Assembly (NCBI GenBank): GCA_963704885.1
Contig: CAVPIB010000004.1
Coordinates: forward strand, 992,001-1,056,000
DNA: 64,000 bases
Source: an uncultured Actinomycetes bacterium
GTDB taxonomy: Bacteria; Actinomycetota; UBA4738; HRBIN12
Direction of reading: 5' to 3'
Position 1 is the first letter of the stretch. Each line of letters starts with the position of its first letter. The position numbers and the translations under genes were made by a program. The notes beneath the pieces are model-generated. The model saw nothing but the letters and a program-made list of their open reading frames with translations. It did not search any database and was not told where the DNA came from. Positions 58,754 through 64,000 of the stretch are shown one piece after another.

Positions 58754-61257
58754 TCTTCCGACGGAACGTGATCAGGCTCGTACTGCTCGTGCTCACCGGG
58801 GTATCGGCCCTCCCCGCACAGACCGCCGCCGCCCAGACGCCGGTCGATCTGGTGGAGCAGCTGGTCGCGAAGCTCACGACGGCCGCAGGCACCGGCGAGG
58901 ACGTGTTCGCGTGGGACGAACTCCCGCAGACGAGCCAGGCGACCGACGAAACGGACGACCTGTTCGTGGTCGAGGGTGGAACCCCCTCGTACAGACCGCC
59001 TTCTGCAGATCTGGTGCAGGAGAGCCAGTTCGGAACGACGTTCTCGGATCAAGCGTTCCGTGAGCTGTTCGGTAAGGACGGAGCGCTCGACTGTGAGGCG
59101 GCGACCGTCTCCTGTGCCTCCTACGGCTCCCGAGCGAACCGGTTCGCAGACGGTGCGATCGTCGTCGGCTTCCAACTCGCGGGCACGGCGGAGGTCTCGG
59201 GCACCGAGGCTCTGACGATCGCTGTGCTCGCGAACGACGACGATTTCCCTACCTTCCAGGACCCTCGGCCCGCGTCGCCTTTCGTAGACACGAACAAGGC
59301 TTGGCGGCTGGATCTGTCCGCGAACGGGGACACCGTGTCGTACCTCCAGGTAACTGGCGGTCCGTTCCAGGAGTTCCGCACAGACGCACGCGTGCTGCTC
59401 ACGGGAGAGATGGGATGGTTCTTCATCCCGCCGTCGGAGTTCCCGCTCGCGAGCACGATCACCGGCTTCGACGTGCACAGCTTCGCGGTGCCGGGTCCGG
59501 ACGCACCCGCCAAGCAGCAGGCGGCCGACACGGTCGGAAGCGTCGCCCCACGCACGCTGTCCGTGCCGGTCGGCCCGACGGCGCTGATGCTCTTCGCGCC
59601 GGTGACGGTCGCCTCTCCTACGACGTCGCCCTCCCAGTCCGCATCGCCGGTCCCAGATTCCGGGGATGGCCAGGCCGCCTCCGACTCGAGCCCCAACCTG
59701 GCCCTCCTGATGGGGTTGGTGTTCTTGGCCGCCGTGATGATCTACCTGGGCGCCGCGCTCCTGATCGGCTCCTGGCCGTTCCCAAGGAAGGAGGAGCCGA
59801 CCCCGCTGCCGCCCACCGTCGTGAAGGAGAAGCGCACACGTCGCGTCCAGCGGCGGGTGGAGCACACCGGCACGGAGACCATCATCGAAACGATGGAGGA
59901 GGAGTACGAGGTCGAGGTCCCGGTCGTGGTGAGACCCCCTGAGGAGCCGAAGGAGGTCTCGCCTCCCGAACCCCCCGAACAGCTCGAGCATCCTCCGGGC
60001 GCCGATGTCTCCGACATCCTCGAAGCCACTCCAGGTCCCGGATCGCTCGCGGGGATCGGGGCCGGCGTGGCCATCGCCGAAGGCATGCCACCGGAGACCC
60101 CGTGCCTCGAGGAATACCGGCGATGGAAGGCCGCCGAAGGGTTGTGCACCTCGGCCCAGCAGGCGGCGGAGCTGGCGGAGACCGCGGCCGAAGAGGCGCG
60201 TGTCGAGCTCGAGCATCTGAGGTCGGAGTTCCCGCCGCTTGGGTTCGATCAGAGCGACGAACCCGTGATCGTGATGGACGACGGAAGCCGTATGAGCGAA
60301 CTCGACGCGGGGCTGCTGGGTTGGGATCGCGCGAACAGGCCGCAGCCCCCACGACCGAAGGATCCGCGCGAGCGGCTGGAGCAGACGAAGGAGCAACTCC
60401 GACGCCTCCGCGACGAGCTAGCACGGATGAAGGCGAAGGAAGCCGAGCTGGCCACGAAGCTCGCCGAGGCCGAGGCGGCCGCACGCCAGGCACGCGCCCA
60501 CGCCGATGAGGTGTGCGCGCAGGCGGCAGAAGCGAAGGCCGCCTGGGAGCGGTGCGTCGGGGTCTCCGGCGGGGCGAAGGGCGGCGTCGTCGCTCCACCG
60601 GGCGGAGGCGAGCAACCGAAACCAGATCAGCCGAAGCCCGAGCCACCCAAGCCGGAGCCGCCGAAGAAGCCTGAGACCCCCGAGCCCCCTGAGGCCCCTG
60701 AAACCCCCAAGCCTCCGGCTCCGCGAAAGCCCGAGCCCCCCAAGCCGGCTCCACCCAAGCCCGGGGGCGGAGCAGGCGGCGGCGAGACGCCATCGGGCGG
60801 ATGCAAGGAGGGGGAAACGAGGGAAACGGACGTCACCACGCTCGTGCTCGAGGTGCCACGCCGGGGAGGAAGGGCGACGATCACGATCACGCAAGAGGCT
60901 GGTGGGGCAGTGGAGTTCGAAGGACATCCGGCGCAGGTGTTCCTCGACGCGCGCCAGTGGGCGCAGCCGATCCCCGCGACCATGCGCGGCGGCTCCTCAC
61001 TCTATCGTCTCGACATCACTCTCCAGATGGAGCGCATCAGCGCCAGGTGCTACCGGGTCGAGCGCTGCTTCGGCGGGCGCTGGGTAGCCAGCTCCGGACG
61101 TACCCGGGAAGTGGCGGACCCCGATCCCTTCGAGAAGAAGCTGGTGCATGCCGAGGAGCTAGACGGTGAGGCTCTGCGCCGGGCCCTGAACCGGGCACGG
61201 GGCACGTTCATGACAGCCGATGCATCCAGGGAGAAGCTGGACTCGTTCTGCGAGTGA
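58750..61257 (+). CDS. Large unknown membrane protein (signal, ectodomain, TM, coiled coil, Pro/Lys/Glu repeats)
   Basis: 835-aa ORF with ATGA overlap and clear modular composition. Confidence 0.8.
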   Translation: MIFRRNVIRLVLLVLTGVSALPAQTAAAQTPVDLVEQLVAKLTTAAGTGEDVFAWDELPQTSQATDETDDLFVVEGGTPSYRPPSADLVQESQFGTTFSDQAFRELFGKDGALDCEAATVSCASYGSRANRFADGAIVVGFQLAGTAEVSGTEALTIAVLANDDDFPTFQDPRPASPFVDTNKAWRLDLSANGDTVSYLQVTGGPFQEFRTDARVLLTGEMGWFFIPPSEFPLASTITGFDVHSFAVPGPDAPAKQQAADTVGSVAPRTLSVPVGPTALMLFAPVTVASPTTSPSQSASPVPDSGDGQAASDSSPNLALLMGLVFLAAVMIYLGAALLIGSWPFPRKEEPTPLPPTVVKEKRTRRVQRRVEHTGTETIIETMEEEYEVEVPVVVRPPEEPKEVSPPEPPEQLEHPPGADVSDILEATPGPGSLAGIGAGVAIAEGMPPETPCLEEYRRWKAAEGLCTSAQQAAELAETAAEEARVELEHLRSEFPPLGFDQSDEPVIVMDDGSRMSELDAGLLGWDRANRPQPPRPKDPRERLEQTKEQLRRLRDELARMKAKEAELATKLAEAEAAARQARAHADEVCAQAAEAKAAWERCVGVSGGAKGGVVAPPGGGEQPKPDQPKPEPPKPEPPKKPETPEPPEAPETPKPPAPRKPEPPKPAPPKPGGGAGGGETPSGGCKEGETRETDVTTLVLEVPRRGGRATITITQEAGGAVEFEGHPAQVFLDARQWAQPIPATMRGGSSLYRLDITLQMERISARCYRVERCFGGRWVASSGRTREVADPDPFEKKLVHAEELDGEALRRALNRARGTFMTADASREKLDSFCE

Positions 61258-61930
61258 TGAACGCGATGACGGAGCAGATCGACGTCGATGGACCGCGCTC
61301 TCTGTCGCCTTCGCTGGCCAGCCGGTCGCCGGTGCAACGCCCAAGCGTGCGGATCAGGCAGAGTGACGCGATGAGCTGCTCCGCACACGCCTTCGCGGAC
61401 GCCGTTCGATCCGGGGGGAATCCAAGATCCGCGAGCGACTCATCCATGCCGGCCAGGCAGAGGATCCCGTAGGCCGTCCTGCGCCGAGCAGCCGGTTCCG
61501 ATCCCGGATGAGCGGCGGCGAGTTCGGAGTCGAGTAGGTGTTCCAGTTCCAGGTACATCTCCCGGAGGCGCTCTCGCAAGACGGGATCGTCCGCGCTTGC
61601 CCCGATGAGCGTGTCGACCAAGCGGGCCGTCGGGTCTGAGGTCTCCTTGGCGAAAACCGCCTCAAGGAGCGTTCTCAACCGCTCGGCCGGTGGGCGACCC
61701 TCGCCCAGCGCCTGCAGTCTGTTGACGTACCGCTCGCGGACGTGGTCGAGGAGGGCACGGTCCACGTCGACGCGGTTTCCCAGGTAGTGACGGACCAGGC
61801 CGCGCGTAACCCCAGCCTCCTCGGCGATGCGGTCAAGCGTCGCCCCCTCTGAGCCGTGCTTCAGGAGCGACCGGGCATACGCCTCCAGGAGTTGAGGGCG
61901 CCGGAGTTCCGCAAGACTCGGTCTTGGCAT
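61208..61930 (-). CDS. TetR family regulator
   Basis: TLDRIAEEAGVTRGLVRHY HTH. The last ~45 aa look non-native. Confidence 0.88.
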   Translation of the reverse strand: MPRPSLAELRRPQLLEAYARSLLKHGSEGATLDRIAEEAGVTRGLVRHYLGNRVDVDRALLDHVRERYVNRLQALGEGRPPAERLRTLLEAVFAKETSDPTARLVDTLIGASADDPVLRERLREMYLELEHLLDSELAAAHPGSEPAARRRTAYGILCLAGMDESLADLGFPPDRTASAKACAEQLIASLCLIRTLGRCTGDRLASEGDRERGPSTSICSVIAFITRRTSPASPWMHRLS

Positions 61931-62077
61931 GCCGTCGATTCCTTATCCAGAGCGCCTATCATACGCGCCTCCATCGGAGCTCGTAGCCTCTGGAGACGCG
62001 GTTGACAAAGGGGCGAGTTTCTTATCTACTCTGGCAAAGAATCGGGGTGTCGGCGCTTCAGGAGTGGAGGAGACGTT

Positions 62078-64000
62078 ATGAGACTCGTATCCGTTGGAGG
62101 CAAGGTCGCGGCCGGGATCGCGGTCGTCACCATGCTCGCGCTGGGTCTCGGGCCCATCCCGGTCGAGAGGGCCGCCGCCGATCCGTCGCTCGTCGACAGC
62201 CTCGACATGGGCTACGTGCGGCAGGTGACGAAGCACCTCACGACGATCGGCTCCGTGCCGGGCGGATTCCGTGTCGCCGGCACGCCCCAGGATGAGGAAA
62301 CCGCCGACTACCTCGCCGACCAGATGGATGCGATCGGACTAGAGGATGTATCTGTCGAGACGCTCACCGTGGACGGGTGGCTCTTCGAGGGCGCTTCGGT
62401 CCGGGTGAAGGGATCAGGCCTCGACCGCACCTTCCGGGCATCATCCCTCGGAGGCATCCCCGGCACCCCGTCCGGAGGCGTTTCCGGGCGGATCGTCCCT
62501 GTCGGGTACGGCACCGCTCCCGAGTACCGTGGTCTCGACGTCGAGAACAAGATCGTGTTCGCCTGGTGGGACTACGACAGCGAGGGCATCTGGCCGAACT
62601 ACATCGCGTACGAGGCGAAGGCCCATGGCGCCAGAGCCGTCATCATCGCCTCGGCCCCGGCGAACGGGTGGTACACCGCGGGGGACGGACGGGCGCTCGG
62701 TAGCAACGACGCGGAGTGCAGCACTACCCTCTGCGTCCCGCTCGTCGTCATCAGCCGGCGCTCGGCGGCGAAGCTCGTCGACGCGCTCGACACGGGCCGG
62801 GTGCAGGGCACCGCCGAGCTGAACGCTCAGAACCTCCTCGACGCGACGGGCCACCAGCCGATCGGCCAGATCACCGGCACCGAGTATCCGGACCGGGCGA
62901 TCGTGTTCACGGCACACCAGGACGCGTGGTTCACCTCGGCCGCCGACGACTCGGTCGGCGTCGCGATGATGATGGCGATCGCGAAAGCGGCGATCGACAG
63001 CGGGTACCAACCGAAGTACACGTGGATCTTCGCTCCCGTCACCGGAGAGGAATACGGGCTGGCCGACGCCTACTACGACTGGCTCCAGGGCGCGTTCCAC
63101 CGGATCACGTCCTCGCACACCGAGTGGCAGACGCAGGCGATGGCCGTGCTCAACTGGGAGGTCCACTCTCCGCCCTACTACCTGGGGGCAGGGGTCCCGC
63201 GCGAGCTCCGCTCGTTCCTCGGCGGGTCGCTCGCCTCTAGTCAGGCGGACGGGCTGATCGACGGATTCAGGCTCTCAGAGGTCTACGCCTGGAACGACGG
63301 GTTCACTTACACGGCCGAGGGTGCGCCCGCCGTTACGTTCGCGGCCGCCGGCCCCGACTACTGGGGTCGCTACCACACGGACTACGACTCGCTCGAGACC
63401 CTCGACTTCAAGGCGCTCGAGCCGGTCCTGCAGGCCGAGACCCGGGTGGCGCTCGACCTGGACGACACCCTGATGCCGTACCGCTTCGGGGGAAGGATCA
63501 ACAACCTGGAGGCAAGCATCGACCCGGCATCGATGGCTCGCTACGACGCCGACGCTCAGGGGGTGGCCGACGCCACCGCCAGACTGAAGGCCGCATGGCA
63601 GGCAGCGAAGGACGCGACACCCTCCGTCTGTGCTTCGATCGCTCTGCGGGAGGCGACCAGGATCTCGGACGACCAGCTCACCGCGTTGTCCTTCTCCGAC
63701 GACACGATCTATCCGCATCAACAGGTCCAGTGGGATCTCTATCTGCTGGCTGCCGCGATCCGACAGCTTTCCCACGGCCGGGCGCAGAAGGCCGCAGGTT
63801 CGATCGCGGGTATCGACCTGAACGGGCTGGCACCGATCCTGAGCCGGGCGCCGTTCCTGGAGGAGCTGATGCACCACGACCCGGGATACGAGCGCATCTC
63901 GTGGGGAGCGCAGGGCCAGTTGTCTGATCCGATCGACCTCTACGGCGTGTGGCACAAGGTCGCATCGTCACGGCCCGGAGCGGACTTCGAACAGCAGATC
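62078..64000 (+). CDS. Secreted M28 metallopeptidase with PA domain (partial, runs off window)
   Basis: GGAGG SD, signal peptide, RVAGT, AHQD, ADDSVG, GEEYG, YHT.YD (read by hand). Confidence 0.88.
   Translation, partial: MRLVSVGGKVAAGIAVVTMLALGLGPIPVERAAADPSLVDSLDMGYVRQVTKHLTTIGSVPGGFRVAGTPQDEETADYLADQMDAIGLEDVSVETLTVDGWLFEGASVRVKGSGLDRTFRASSLGGIPGTPSGGVSGRIVPVGYGTAPEYRGLDVENKIVFAWWDYDSEGIWPNYIAYEAKAHGARAVIIASAPANGWYTAGDGRALGSNDAECSTTLCVPLVVISRRSAAKLVDALDTGRVQGTAELNAQNLLDATGHQPIGQITGTEYPDRAIVFTAHQDAWFTSAADDSVGVAMMMAIAKAAIDSGYQPKYTWIFAPVTGEEYGLADAYYDWLQGAFHRITSSHTEWQTQAMAVLNWEVHSPPYYLGAGVPRELRSFLGGSLASSQADGLIDGFRLSEVYAWNDGFTYTAEGAPAVTFAAAGPDYWGRYHTDYDSLETLDFKALEPVLQAETRVALDLDDTLMPYRFGGRINNLEASIDPASMARYDADAQGVADATARLKAAWQAAKDATPSVCASIALREATRISDDQLTALSFSDDTIYPHQQVQWDLYLLAAAIRQLSHGRAQKAAGSIAGIDLNGLAPILSRAPFLEELMHHDPGYERISWGAQGQLSDPIDLYGVWHKVASSRPGADFEQQI

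Noticed and set aside
61208-61360. TetR C-terminal extension overlapping the convergent gene
   Set aside because: It looks like non-coding read-through from a lost or shifted stop near 61354, and a function cannot be supported.

Overview
High-GC window that looks like an uncultured Actinomycetota chromosome (inferred from gene content, synteny and many leaderless-type promoters). From left to right it contains: (1) a large secreted NHL-propeller/DUF6531/YD(RHS) protein running off the left edge and broken by several homopolymer indels and two in-frame stops; (2) a TPR-class III cyclase and an acyl-CoA dehydrogenase; (3) a PLP/amino-acid catabolism region; (4) the conserved actinobacterial block tRNA-Ala, glpR/sepX-like, moaC, moeA, galU, fmdB-like, mtaP, SAF; (5) uppP, a two-component system, DM13, tldD/pmbA, GT-C glycosyltransferases, LOG and a MarR regulator; (6) assorted hydrolases, a GH25 muramidase, an RTX protein and arfB; (7) a HEAT + HD-GYP pair; (8) a coupled Fic + two-membrane-protein operon; (9) TetR and an M28 peptidase running off the right edge. 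Best leads: tandem NrdR-like boxes 31 bp apart over the promoter of the glpR/sepX-like division gene; the Fic operon; a 4-copy palindromic repeat array; a structured leader ahead of a 63-aa Cys/His protein; and a variant UrtR-type MarR controlling an unknown 76-aa protein. All family calls come from motif recognition by eye; no database searches were run.
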